Assembly: GCA_030295235.1 (NCBI GenBank) | Contig: AP026172.1 | Location: forward strand, 744,001-808,000 | Reading direction: 5' to 3' | Length of the DNA: 64,000 nt | DNA from: Fistulifera solaris | Lineage: Eukaryota | Shown here: piece by piece, positions 35,260 through 46,866 of the stretch | How the letters are laid out: each line of letters opens with the position of its first letter | Numbering within the stretch: the stretch's first letter is position 1 | The notes under the pieces: generated by a model | The model's input: only the letters and a program-made list of their open reading frames with translations | Database searches by the model: none | Told to the model about the DNA's origin: nothing | Made by a program: the position numbers and the translations under genes

Positions 35260-36276
35260 TCAATCTTCTTTTTCTCCCGACAACATTCGACTGATTCCTT
35301 CCGCGCGTCCCGCCCACAAAAAGCCATTCAAATAACTTATCAATATACTGATACTGAGCATGAAACTCCCTACTGAAGTGGTTGTTGGTTTGGTAGGTAT
35401 CCAAAACAATAAGACCGATTGCACTAATAGTTGGTACAAACAAATGAATCGCAACTGCGATACTTGTAAAAAGGTCCGGATGCGTATCAACAGGACCGCG
35501 TGCAAGAACATGTAATAATGTCCTATCGCAGTATTCCATCGAATGAATGAATTGCTTTGTGTGGATGATTCCAGTAAGGCCTGTCCGCCACGAATCGCCA
35601 AAAACAATTGAATGACCGCCGCATAAAAGATGGAATTGGCCGGAATTGACCATTTGACGGTTCCTGACCACATGAATTGAGGGTGTGTCACCAACGTCCA
35701 CGCACTCAAGAGACACGCCGCCGTATAACATGTCCACAATCGATAGTACACGGTATCGTTCCACGAGACCCACGAAAGGACGGTCAATGTTAACAGAGAA
35801 GTCCACAACAAGTTTTGATGAAACGTAACGATGGCTGCCGTCGGTCGGAATTGCAATACAATCCATATCACACCCACGAGTTCGTAAAAAACAATGGCAT
35901 GTAAACCAAATCCGTATTTGAGTGAATCTTCCTCGTCGTCCTGTTGGCAGGTAATAATGGTACTAGTAGTAGGAAAGAGACTCTTCTCACAAGGATGATG
36001 CTGATGATTCATCGTCGTCTTCAGGCCCATGGGCAACAATCCGTATTGAAAGGGATACCCAATGAGTAGCAGATGCAAGAACAAGGATCGATTGGGTGTC
36101 AAACCAATGTATTGGGAAAGGTGTAAGAGTATCGTTCGCACCGTGGTCGATGTTGTGGCGATCGTGGAGGAGTCATCGTCTTCGTCGTCGTCGTCGTCGT
36201 TTTCTTCTTCGATGTGATAGCGATTCCTTGTCATGTTTACAATTGACTCTCTACTAGTCCTTTCTCTTTGCATCAA
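35260..36276 (-). CDS. Multi-pass membrane protein of unknown function
   Basis: 338-aa ORF with an acidic N-terminal tract and about 8 hydrophobic segments; 3' end may be frameshifted. Confidence 0.7.
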   Translation of the reverse strand: MMQRERTSRESIVNMTRNRYHIEEENDDDDDEDDDSSTIATTSTTVRTILLHLSQYIGLTPNRSLFLHLLLIGYPFQYGLLPMGLKTTMNHQHHPCEKSLFPTTSTIITCQQDDEEDSLKYGFGLHAIVFYELVGVIWIVLQFRPTAAIVTFHQNLLWTSLLTLTVLSWVSWNDTVYYRLWTCYTAACLLSAWTLVTHPQFMWSGTVKWSIPANSIFYAAVIQLFLAIRGGQALLESSTQSNSFIRWNTAIGHYYMFLHAVLLIRIRTFLQVSQLRFICLYQLLVQSVLLFWIPTKPTTTSVGSFMLSISILISYLNGFLWAGRAEGISRMLSGEKED

Positions 36277-36658
36277 ATGGTTACGGATTGAGTCTTTTGC
36301 AGTGACTGTTCTGTTTGAATGAATACACTATTATTTATTCTATCTCGACTCTCATCATGGTGCGTCTCGTTCGCATTATTATTTTTGGGCTTTCGTTTAT
36401 TATTGTCAGGTCGTCAAGAGGATAACGCACTGGTACCCTTAATGTACGCGTTAGTGTAGCAAAACCAGCTCGCCGCACTATACGTTACGATGTACTGTGT
36501 TTCTAGTACGGATGGTTGTACGGACGGGATGTCGATCTTCTCTCTCTCCGCTCATTTTTTCACGGATTTTTTTCTTTTCGTTTTTTTTTCCGAAAGAACT
36601 CGTAAACAAGTTTTACATTCATACTTTCTATCCTACTTTCCCCCAAAAAAAATCACAA

Positions 36659-36752
36659 ATGAACTCATCTACTGACGACAAAGATGAGGACCTCGAGACA
36701 ATCATTACATGGAATGACGCCCAAATTCGTTGGACGGACAATGTCGTCCGTC

Positions 36753-36783
<31 letters not shown>

Positions 36784-37483
36784 TCCTCCCAACGTCTTGG
36801 CACCGAATCCTCATCAAACTTTTACTTTCCAAAACAGTATTATTCAATTGCGGGGATATACGTACGAATCAGATCAAACGTGGAAATCCACCGGATTGAC
36901 CGTATGGAAGGCGAGTGAATATTTGAGTCACTATCTTCTTTCCCAACGGCAACTTTTGGAAGAAAAACGCGTCTTGGAATTGGGAGCAGGATTGGGATTG
37001 TGTGGCATTGTCGCGCATCGATTACTACAGGCTCGAACAGTCTATGTCACCGACGGCGATTCCGATGTTTTACATGTTATGAAACAAAATATTCAAGCCA
37101 ATCGTTCGGTGGAACGACACAATAATAATATAATATCGGGGCATCAATTGCTATGGGGAGCCGAATATGCTCCACCTTTCTTACAAATAATGCGTCGTAT
37201 GGAATCAGAAAACGACGCGTTGTTGTTTGATGTCATTCTGGCTGCCGATGTCGTATACGTCCCGCAAGTGATAGCTCCCTTGTTCGAAACTGTCCAAACA
37301 TTGTTGGAGCCCGCGACGGGAGTCTTTCTCTTGGCCTTTGCGCGACGTATGGTTGATGTGACATTAGACGATGTCTTACAAGAAGCGACTCGAGCCGATT
37401 TTGTGTACAAACAATGCAGTAGCGACCAAGACACGGAACAAGGTCTGTATCTTTATGCCTTCCGCCGGGTCATGAAACGATGA
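36659..37483 (+). CDS. Protein-lysine methyltransferase (METTL21/Methyltransf_16 family)
   Basis: STGLTVWKAS, VLELGAGLGLCG, VYVTDGD, LLWG, FDVILAADVVY. Confidence 0.92.
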
Positions 37484-37640
37484 TATTGAGGTACGACTGA
37501 AGGCCGAACGATTCAAAAATAATAATAGACTACGGATAAACAACATAAGAGAGGACCCATTCCGATGGAGACTCGAAAAGATCTGTTGGACTGTATATAT
37601 TTCCGTTGGTACCTATTTCTCATTCTTTATTGTTATTCTT

Positions 37641-38402
37641 TTACTCAAAGAGGAACGAAACTTGCTTGTTGGTCAATTTGCTGTAGACGGCGGCAAATGT
37701 TTCCGTTCGACCTTCCACATTGGCTTGGTCCTTGCCATCCAAGTACACCTTTAGGATGCGCTTGCCATCTACCTTGACACGTGTTCGTTTGCCAACAATT
37801 TCCGTCGGAAAGACCAAATCTTCCAAAATGGCGTCCTGTACGGCGGTCAAAGTTCGCGAACGAGGACGCGGACCGTTGGTTTTGGGGTTGCGGGCGTACG
37901 ATGGTCCCAAGATGGTACGTTGGGCAATGACCACGACGTGACGACCGGAAAACTTCTTTTCCAATTCTCGGACCAATCGTTGGTGAACTTTTTGGAAAGA
38001 TTTGCGCAGCTTGTAGGGCACGTACAACAGAATGGCCTTGCGACCAGCCCCGCAGTCGACTTCCTTGGCAGCCGTAATGAACAAATCACGAAGCGATGCT
38101 TTGAGATCGGGGGATGTCATTTCCAAGTTGAGGAGTTCTTGGGCCACGGAGGCTTCGAATTCATCGGGTTCGGCCTGTAAAAGAGAGAGAGAGCAAAGAA
38201 AGAGTATGAGAAACACGTGGATCAAACCAACCGATTCATAATTACAACAACAACAACAATCATGCTACAAAATAAAAATTGTTCCCCAAGAAACCTTCTT
38301 CCAGTAGTCGTCCTTTTACTGCGCGTGCTCTCCTTTCTTCAACAAAACAAAACGAAAATATCGACTCACACCGGCCGCCTTTCGGATCTTTTGTACGCTC
38401 AT
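37641..38402 (-). CDS. RPS7: 40S ribosomal protein eS7; intron 38175-38369
   Basis: [18 protein letters not shown]..., [44 protein letters not shown]. Confidence 0.97.
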
Positions 38403-38849
38403 TGTAGTAATTGATGTATAATAATAATAATAATAGGTAGAAAAAAGGAAAAGTCAGTCAATAAACAATCGATTCCAACAAAAGAGCGACGCCGTATTTT
38501 ATTTTCAGCGGATCGATGAACCATGATGATGTTGTGAGGATGGTTTGTAGTAAACCGATACCGCGGTAAAATGAGAGATGACGTCAAACGCGGGAAACGA
38601 TCCTCCTGTTCCGACTCCTGCCGCGCCGGCATTCAACAAGGCGCGCGAAAAGGATCGGCCGGCGTGCGGAGGGAGGGAAACACCAATGCAACGAAAACAA
38701 ACATGCAACCCACAATACTGGTAACAACCTGACAACCGATCGACCTTGGTCGTCTTGTGTAATAGGTAATAGAACCAACCATTACTCCACGTCTACTTCA
38801 TTCATTCATTCTCTCATTCATTCATTCAGAAGAAGAAGCATAACCAAAC

Positions 38850-41042
38850 ATGACGACCATGCAACAATTCGAATTGAAGAATGCCTTTTCGAAAGTTGGT
38901 CTCAAAGTCATTGATGAGGCAACGATGAGTAAATGTGAGTGTTGCCTCTGTGTTCTGAAAATTTGTTTTGCGTGTCTCAAACAACTCACACACACACACA
39001 CACACCTGTTTTTTGCAAAGGCACGGCGGCGGCAACCATGTTGCGTCTTTCGCCACAACAAGTCGCGACGTGTTGGGAAGCTTACAGTCTCAAGAAGAAT
39101 ACGACGACATTGAATGAACAATCCTTTGAAGGATTTCGTGATCTTCTCGTCAAGGAATCCAATACTGTCAATAATAATATTCCCATGTCCGATGAACACA
39201 ACAACAACAACAACAAGGAAAGTCCTCGTGGCGGTGCTGTATTGCCTCCGCGGAGTTTGCCGCACGTGACACCTCCCGCAAAACGATTGCAACTGGCTGC
39301 TGTCACAAATAATACTAATACCGAACCATCCTCCCGTCGTTCTTCGTCCCTCAGTCCAGGACCCCCGTAGCCTTGCAACCTTCCGACAAGTACGAAACTC
39401 GGATTGGGGCCGGTCAAATTGTATCCACGTTTACCGCCGAACACAAACGCACCGCCACAAACGACAATCCCTTATTGTCACGTCCCAAATGTACGATTCG
39501 TTCCGAATCATCAGCCTTCTCCACCAACAATAATAATCTATCCCAGGCGTACCGATCGTTGTTTACTACCACCGAACAACGTGCGACCGCACTCGATCAA
39601 CAACTGATACACATGGGACAACACTTGATGGAGAAGTATCAATTGGGACAATCCGACGAGGTCGCACCCTTGGAAGGGGTTGGTATTCCCCGCGCCGATC
39701 AAGTCTGTAATATTGGTCGGATTTGCAATGCAGCACATTACGGAAAAATCAATGCCACTTCGGTATTGTTAGAAGGCAGTCGCGCCGCCGTAGGTGGTGC
39801 CCGTGTGGCGGTCGATTTGTCGACATTGTCGTCACAATATTCCGTCTTTCCGGGACAAATTGTCGCCCTCGAAGGTATGAATCCGACGGGTCGGAAATTG
39901 CAAGTACAGCGTCTTTGTGAAGGGGGCCGCCGCAGCGTCGGTGACCAGTCGAGTGCGTGATTTGCGACAGTATCATCTCCAAGCACAACAAGGACAACCT
40001 GTCAAATTGTTGACGGCGGCGGGGCCCTTTACCACGAGTGACAATTTTCAGTATCAACCCTGGCAAGATTTGTTGCACGTTGTCCAGAACGAGCAACCTG
40101 ATGTGGTCATTCTGACGGGACCCTTTGTGGATATGAACCACCCAGCGGTCCAGAGTGGACAAACGGCCCTGCAAGATGAAGATGGTAACGATGTCATTGT
40201 CCCGTACGAAACATTCTTTATGCACAAGATTTCGCTGTTGTTGGAAGAATTGTTGACGGAGAATCCTTTGTTGATGACGCAATTTGTCCTAGTGCCCAGT
40301 TTGGAGGATGCAACGGCCGAGTGGGTGTAAGTGGACGAGTGTGTGTGTGTGTGTGTTTGTTTTGTGTGTGTGTTTGTATGTATGTTCATTTAAAAAAATC
40401 GTTTTCCACCAAATCTCTCACAATTGGTTGGCTGCCAGTTATCCACAACCACCCTTCCAAGACCGTGTTTCCGGAGGACTCCAGCCGAATATTCCGGGAG
40501 CCGATGGTATTACGATTGGCACCATGGGTTTGGATTATGTCGAAACGGCGACCGAATTGCCAGCCAAAAGGGTCCATTGTGTCCCCAACCCGTGCACGTT
40601 GCAAATCAACGAAGTCGTCATTGGCATTACCTCGACGGACGTACTGTTTCACATGAGTGCCGACGAGACCAACGCGAATTTGCCTCCGGGATCACGCCTG
40701 GCCCGGATTTCGCAACACTTGTTGCAGCAGCGGAGTTACTATCCACTGTTTCCGCCAGCGCCGGGTATGAATATGGATTATCAGTACATGGAATACTGGA
40801 GTATGCCCTGTCAACCCGATTTGCTCCTCTTGCCTTCCAAGCTGGCGTGCTTTTCCCGTATTGTAATGGACACGACGATTGTGGTAAATCCCGGTCGATT
40901 GACGCGAGATACGATGGGTGGCACGTATGCGATCATTGAGGTGCATCCATTCGCTAAGGATGTCTTGGAAACGGCAGATGATGACGATGAGTTGCCACAT
41001 GCACTTCCGGAACGAACGGAAGTGATAATCAAGCGCATTTGA
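38850..41042 (+). CDS. POLA2: DNA polymerase alpha subunit B; introns 38935-39020 and 40327-40438; frame breaks near 39365 and 39925
   Basis: GRIC...LEGS, YSVFPGQIVALEGMNPTG, AAGPFT, PDVVILTGPFVD, YPQPPF, PNPC, QRSYYPLFP, PDLLLLPS, VNPGRL. Confidence 0.95.
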
Positions 41043-41573
41043 GTCTTCTTTTGTTTTTTTTGGCAAACGTGTAATGAAAAAAAAACTATCCTAGTCGAAC
41101 GTTATTATAATTAAAAAATGGTCTTTCTGTTACTCATCCGACGCCGCCTCTGTCAACCTAAAATGAACGAGGTGATGTTGCTTTTGTATTATTATTCTTG
41201 TGGCAGTGTTCGTCATTGCTTGCTTGGTATGGTTCACTTCGAACATACAAAGTATAGACCCAACGTGTAGGCGACTTTTTGACGTGACTGGATACACTCG
41301 TGAATAAACGGTACCCATCAAAAAATACATTGATCGCACCGTTGCACATCACCATGATGACGAAATGACTACAAGAAACTTTCTATCATAACCATTACAT
41401 CGAGCCTATCGATCTTTTGATTTCACGAATATACCCCGCAGGTTTTCCATTGGCAAAGTTTCCTGTGGATTGGCTGTTTTTTTCCACTTTTTTGATCTGT
41501 TTTTCAGGAAAAATTTGGAAAATTATCTTTGTAAAAAAAAGTGATGTGAATTTGACCTCCATTTTGCTTTCCA

Positions 41574-42620
41574 ATGTACTGTACGATACGAACACGCCAA
41601 AGAACAACAGCCACCCTACTAATGATCGTGCTAATCGCCCTAAAGAATGTGACGCCTTTTATTGTAACTCGCAATGTCCTTTCTTCGCGATGCATGTCGA
41701 CACCAACAACGACGGTATGGCAATCATCCACCGCCGCAGCATCGGATGATGATGTACCATTATTGTATCGAGCCGAAGGATTATTTGCCGTCCACAAACC
41801 ACTCAACTGGACGTCCAGTAATGTGGTTTCGTATATACGGGGAATTTTGGAACGCGATGCCCGTACGCGTGGTGCCAAACTGCCCCGTCGCCGTCCTCGC
41901 ATCAAGATTGGGCACGGCGGAACTTTGGATCCCTTGGCGACGGGTGTCTTGGTATTGGGGGTAGGGAAAGGAACCAAACAATTGGAAAGGTACGTGGAGT
42001 GTGTTGTTGTGTGTGTTGTGTGTGTTGTGTGGTTCTTTGGTGAGTCTCGTCGTATAACCACTGATGGGTCGCATTTTTTTTCTTCTTTTAGTTATTTATC
42101 GGGTTCCAAAGCGTATCGAGCGGGTGCTGCATTGGGATTTGAAACCAATACCTTGGATATGGAAGGCAATATTACCCGCCGAGCAACGTTTGATCATATT
42201 CAACCCATCGATTTGGAACGAGTGCGACCCCACTTTGTGGGTACCATCGAACAAATTCCGCCCCTCTTTAGTGCCATCAAACAAAATGGTCAACGATTGT
42301 ACCAAAAAGCCCGTAAAGGACAAACTGACGATGATGTTGTCATTGCCTCTCGTCTCGTGACCATTCATGAACTGCAATTTGGGAATGTGGATTTACCCCA
42401 ATTCGATATTCAAGTTGAATGTGGTGGTGGCACGTACATTCGATCTTTGATCCGTGATATCGCTTATCAATTAGACACAGTGGCGACTACCACCTATTTA
42501 CAACGTACCAAGCAAGGTCCTTTTACCTTGGAGGATTGTTTGGAAAAGGAAGATTGGAATGCCGACAACATTTACGCGGCAATTGAACGACATCAAACGT
42601 TACAAGAAAAAACAATATAG
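41574..42620 (+). CDS. TRUB: tRNA pseudouridine-55 synthase TruB, probably organelle-targeted; in-frame intron 41990-42091
   Basis: KPLNWTS, KIGHGGTLDPLATGVL, QIPPLFSAIKQNGQRLYQKAR, CGGGTYIRSL, RTKQGPF. Confidence 0.93.
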   Translation: MYCTIRTRQRTTATLLMIVLIALKNVTPFIVTRNVLSSRCMSTPTTTVWQSSTAAASDDDVPLLYRAEGLFAVHKPLNWTSSNVVSYIRGILERDARTRGAKLPRRRPRIKIGHGGTLDPLATGVLVLGVGKGTKQLERYVECVVVCVVCVVWFFGESRRITTDGSHFFSSFSYLSGSKAYRAGAALGFETNTLDMEGNITRRATFDHIQPIDLERVRPHFVGTIEQIPPLFSAIKQNGQRLYQKARKGQTDDDVVIASRLVTIHELQFGNVDLPQFDIQVECGGGTYIRSLIRDIAYQLDTVATTTYLQRTKQGPFTLEDCLEKEDWNADNIYAAIERHQTLQEKTI

Positions 42621-42764
42621 ATGCTGCTAGTAATAACAACAATAATAATATTCTTATTATTTTGTTACATTCGTCAGAGTTTAAGTCTCGTCAGGAAAGA
42701 ACATGGTTTTGTTTTTGGAGGTGCGCAAAATCTTCTGGTTCGAACGACAACCAAAAAAAACGCT

Positions 42765-43861
42765 TCAGGCACGTACATGATCCGCCAACAGACTGCGTTG
42801 CGGACTTTGTCGTACCATCGAATATAGGGCATCCAAATTGTCGGTTTGTGCGGCAAAGACAAAGGGCGGTACACTGTCTGGTTTCCTCGAACGCAAGTGT
42901 GCCCCCTTTTCGACCAACAAGGAAACAATTTCGGCGCGACGCAACGCCATGGCCACAAATAAGGGTGTCGTCGTGACATTTTCCTTGTCATCGATAGTGG
43001 CATTGTGTTGCAAGAGTGCCTTGACCATGTCACAATTGCCCTTCTTGACGGCCATTAGTAATGGCGACGATCCCACCCAATTCTTGGTGTCCGTGTCGGC
43101 TCCATGTTGGAGTAGTAGATGCACCATTTCATTTTGATTCTTACTGATGGCCATAAAGAGGGGTGTACAACCACGTGGATCTTTCACCGACACATCGGCC
43201 CCGTGTTCAATGAGTAATCGCACCATATCGACTTGTTCACTGAGAATTGCCAAAAGAGTGGTGTTTGTTGTAAGACTGTGGTAGTCGCATTGACATTGGC
43301 CTGGTATTGGAGTAATAGTTGCACGAGATCTTGGCGACGTTTGGCGATCGCGGCAAGGAGCGGCGTCACACCGAACGTGTCGTCTTGATTGGGATCAGCA
43401 CCGTGTTGTAATAACAATTGTGCTACTTCATAATGCCCATGACTCACAGCTAACGAGAGTGGTGGTGCATAGGTTCCCGGGGCATTATCATCATCATCAT
43501 TCTTCTTATTATTATTGACATGAGCGCCATGTTCTAATAGAATGCGCACAATGTCAATGTGATTCTGCAAAACGGCCATCCACAATGGAGAACCTTTGTT
43601 GTTGTTGTTGGTGTTGCTGCCGGACACTTGACGACGATGATAATGTTGATGATGATTCGGTTCTGCACCATGTTCTAGCAAAGCCAAGACCGAGTCGGGT
43701 TGATTGCGAAAACTCGCACAACTGAGCGGTAATAGATCCATCGTATCGGCTGTTTCATTCACCAACAACACCGCAGCGTCGTGATGGCCTTGCAAATGAC
43801 GACGGATTTGCCCAGCGTCTCCATGGAGTAAGGCGGCCCAGAAATCTTGTTTTTTCATTTC

Positions 43862-43899
<38 letters not shown>

Positions 43900-43948
43900 C
43901 ATGATGATCATGATGATCATGATGATGATGATGGTATGTGTTTGTCAT
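42765..43948 (-). CDS. Ankyrin-repeat protein with N-terminal poly-His tract; frame break near 43255
   Basis: Multiple (T/S)PLxxA...LLxHGAD units across ORFs 43184-43948 and 42765-43253. Confidence 0.9.
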
Positions 43949-44620
43949 AATGAATTACAGTACAGTATAGGTTGTTCGTAAGGAAGAAGGAAAAAGGGAA
44001 CGAACGAACGAAAAAAATGAAGGAAAGTTGTCTGTGAACCTGCTTTCCTTTTGGTCCTTTCTTTTTTTTTTCGAATTGAAGGTGAAACGAGTGAAATCAT
44101 CCTCCGGAAGTGGTTGTTTGTGTGCCACGTGAGAACCGGCCGGCGCGTTTCAGCGTGACGTTGCTGTACACTTTTTCTATCATACGTATTTCACTCGCTT
44201 CCATACTTAGAGGATTTCTGACGCAACCGCCATTCGGCAAGACCCGGTATTATAACTCGGATCTACATACTTGAAGGTTCTGAATACGAGGGAGATCCGT
44301 GAATGGGTGTGAGTGTGAGGAGGTGTAAGAGACAAGGTACAAAGTACAAAGTAGTATGGTGGTGGTGGGACGTGGGACGTTCTTCTCAGGGAAACTCGAA
44401 CCCTCATCATCATCATGATGCAGGAAAAACAAAACTTCCACCCGCACCGAAAACAAAACAAAGATGATCGACTACAAAGTATCGACACACTGACCCATCA
44501 TAACATTCCTTCACCGCATTGTGTGTACATCATTATTATTATTTCAACTTCACTCTGTTCAAATAATAGTACCGAGTAATAATAAAACAACAAACCAAAG
44601 CAAACCAAAGCAAAACAATC

Positions 44621-46290
44621 ATGACATTGACCAACGATCGTCGTTCACGAGGACGATCCAGGACACCGCGCCGTCATCCTTCTCCTCCTGTTAATAATAA
44701 TAATAATAATGAAAGAGATCGTCACAATGTCGTCGACGAGACACCAACATCCTGGATATCATCTTTGGCTCTTTTGGGTGATTCGTGGGGAGCCTTGTTG
44801 TGTTCATCCTTCTTACTCTTTCTAGCAATACTTCTTTCGTACATAATAGAACAACACGATCCTCCTTCTTTCTTCTTGGGGCAATTTATCTATCAGTACA
44901 TCAACAGAATATTACTACGACTACTCGACAATACTCCATTTGTGTTGTCGATGGTCAAGACGTACTGGACGAAACCAGATCCGTACCATTTACTAGGACC
45001 TGTTCCACCGATCAGTGAAGCAGTGATCTTTCATATTCAAGACATTCGAAACGACAACAATGACAAATGGACACAACAACTCGTTCAGTCTTACGCACAA
45101 GATGGTGTTGTGGCTATTCGTGGATTGATCGAAGACGAATTATTAGCGGCCTTGGACGTGGAATCTACGCGTTTCATTCAACAACAAAAAGAACGCAATG
45201 CGGGACGACGACGACATCACAAACCAAAACAAACCCAATTCTTTACCAATGTCCACGGAGCCATGTTTCGGAATTGTAATAATAATTATTATTATTCACA
45301 GAATGATGCGACAACCACCACAACGTCAGCTTTGACCAACTCCTTTTTGCGCGTCGCTGTGACGTCCCTTGTCCCAAAATTGGCGGGAGAACTCTTGCAG
45401 TCGGTCGGAGCTTTCCACAACCAAGACAACGACGACGATGATGACGACTTTCCCAATTTGCGTGTCTTGAGAGATATTTTTCTCGCCAAAGATACGGAAC
45501 AGTACGTGTGTGGATGGCATGTGGATGACATTGGATTTTGGCCCGCTCTTCCGGAAGCGCCCGGTATCAATGCATGGATTGCCTTGGACGATATGCCCAT
45601 TGAAATTGGAGGTGGTTTGGCGGTGGCCGTTGGATCGCATCAAGCACCGTGGCGACACCTGGCCCTGACCGAAATTGGAGCCCCGACAACCTTTCCGCCG
45701 GAAGGATATCAATCGGCACACGATATGATTGCCCGACGCACCGGTGGGGGGACGTGCAACCTTCAGCGGGGGGCCCCGCATTTACATCGACGCATGGAAG
45801 ATACGAAACGCGTCTACGAAATCAAACGAGGAGATGTTATTTTTCACGATCGTTGGTTGTTTCATCGGACGGTTCCTTTTAATAAGACGTTACTTGAAAA
45901 GGAGAAGAAGAAGAAGAAGAAGAAGAAGAACGAATTTATCGTCGTTACAGCATTCGATACAGTCCGGGAACAGCCATCATTCCACCGGGATACGGAACCG
46001 AATGGAGTGTCTTGTATGATTCACAAAATGGGGGACGTACCGCCAATCGCGTTTCCGAATCATTGCCGTGGTATCCCCAGGCGTGGCCGACACCACTGGA
46101 TCACGAGGTAAAGGCCATGGCCGACCTGGTGCAGCACATTCTGCCGACCGTCGAAGAACAGCAAGCGGAGAGGGAACGAGAAATGCAGCCGTTGTTGCAA
46201 AAATGGGCTCAACGAAAAGATCGTGAAATGGCCCGTCAATATCATCATGCACAGAACAAGGCAGGGGAAAAGAACAGTTACATAAATTAG
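44621..46290 (+). CDS. Phytanoyl-CoA dioxygenase (PhyH)-family Fe/2OG oxygenase with N-terminal TM helix; frame break near 45930
   Basis: YAQDGVVAIRG, GWHVDD (HxD), NAWIALDD, GGGLAVAVGSH, GDVIFHDRWLFHRT. Confidence 0.88.
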
Positions 46291-46367
46291 TGTTTACTTA
46301 TCTCATAGTTTTTTGGTAGGGGGTGATTTATGGGGCAGTGACTTTTACCTAAATGTAGTATATAGCA

Positions 46368-46445
46368 GGAAACGGCGTTAAAATTCCGTCGACGTGGACG
46401 CTACGTAGAATCTTGTACTGGAGGCAGAATTTTAACGTCGTTTCC
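46368..46445. repeat. 23-bp imperfect inverted repeat (hairpin) with 32-nt spacer
   Basis: GGAAACGGCGTTAAAATTCCGTC (46368-46390) pairs with GGCAGAATTTTAACGTCGTTTCC (46423-46445); 3 differences, two of them G-U compatible. Confidence 0.85.
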
Positions 46446-46512
46446 AGTAGATGCATGAAAAAGAATGCTATTAGAGATCATATAGTATCAAGTTTACATA
46501 TGTAATAAGATA

Positions 46513-46585
46513 GCCTGTGTAGCTCAGTAGGTAGAGCGCCCGGCTTTTAACCGTGTGGTCGTGGGTTCGAGCCCCACCATAGGTG
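46513..46585 (+). tRNA. tRNA-Lys (anticodon UUU)
   Basis: 73-nt cloverleaf: GCCTGTG/CATAGGT acceptor stem, GCTC/GAGC D-arm, anticodon loop CTTTTAA, T-arm GTGGG-TTCGAGC-CCCAC; one C-U mismatch in the anticodon stem. Confidence 0.93.
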
Positions 46586-46866
46586 CTATCAACGTTTTGC
46601 CAACACGTTTCTCTTTAACCACATTTTTCGGTTTAGAGCAACGGTTGGTCACACGCATGTCTCACCTCCTATGTAAATGTTTTGAATTATTTTCTAAATC
46701 TATGGGTATGTATAAATTAATTAAACGCTGGTCGAGACATTTTGTTTTTCAAGCGTTTCGACACCACGATGAAGGAAGGTTGTCGGAGGCACATTGACCG
46801 TCATCGCATCGACAGGAAAGAGAACTGATAAGAACATCCTTTGAAAGTCTCATACAATCAAGAACG

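Noticed and set aside
38175..38369. snoRNA in the long RPS7 intron
   Set aside because: No convincing C/D or H/ACA boxes with terminal stems; the length is explained by simple repeats.
41990..42091. Hydrophobic insertion (YVECVVVCVVCVVW...) in TruB
   Set aside because: It is a 102-nt GTACGT...TAG intron that happens to be in frame and stop-free.
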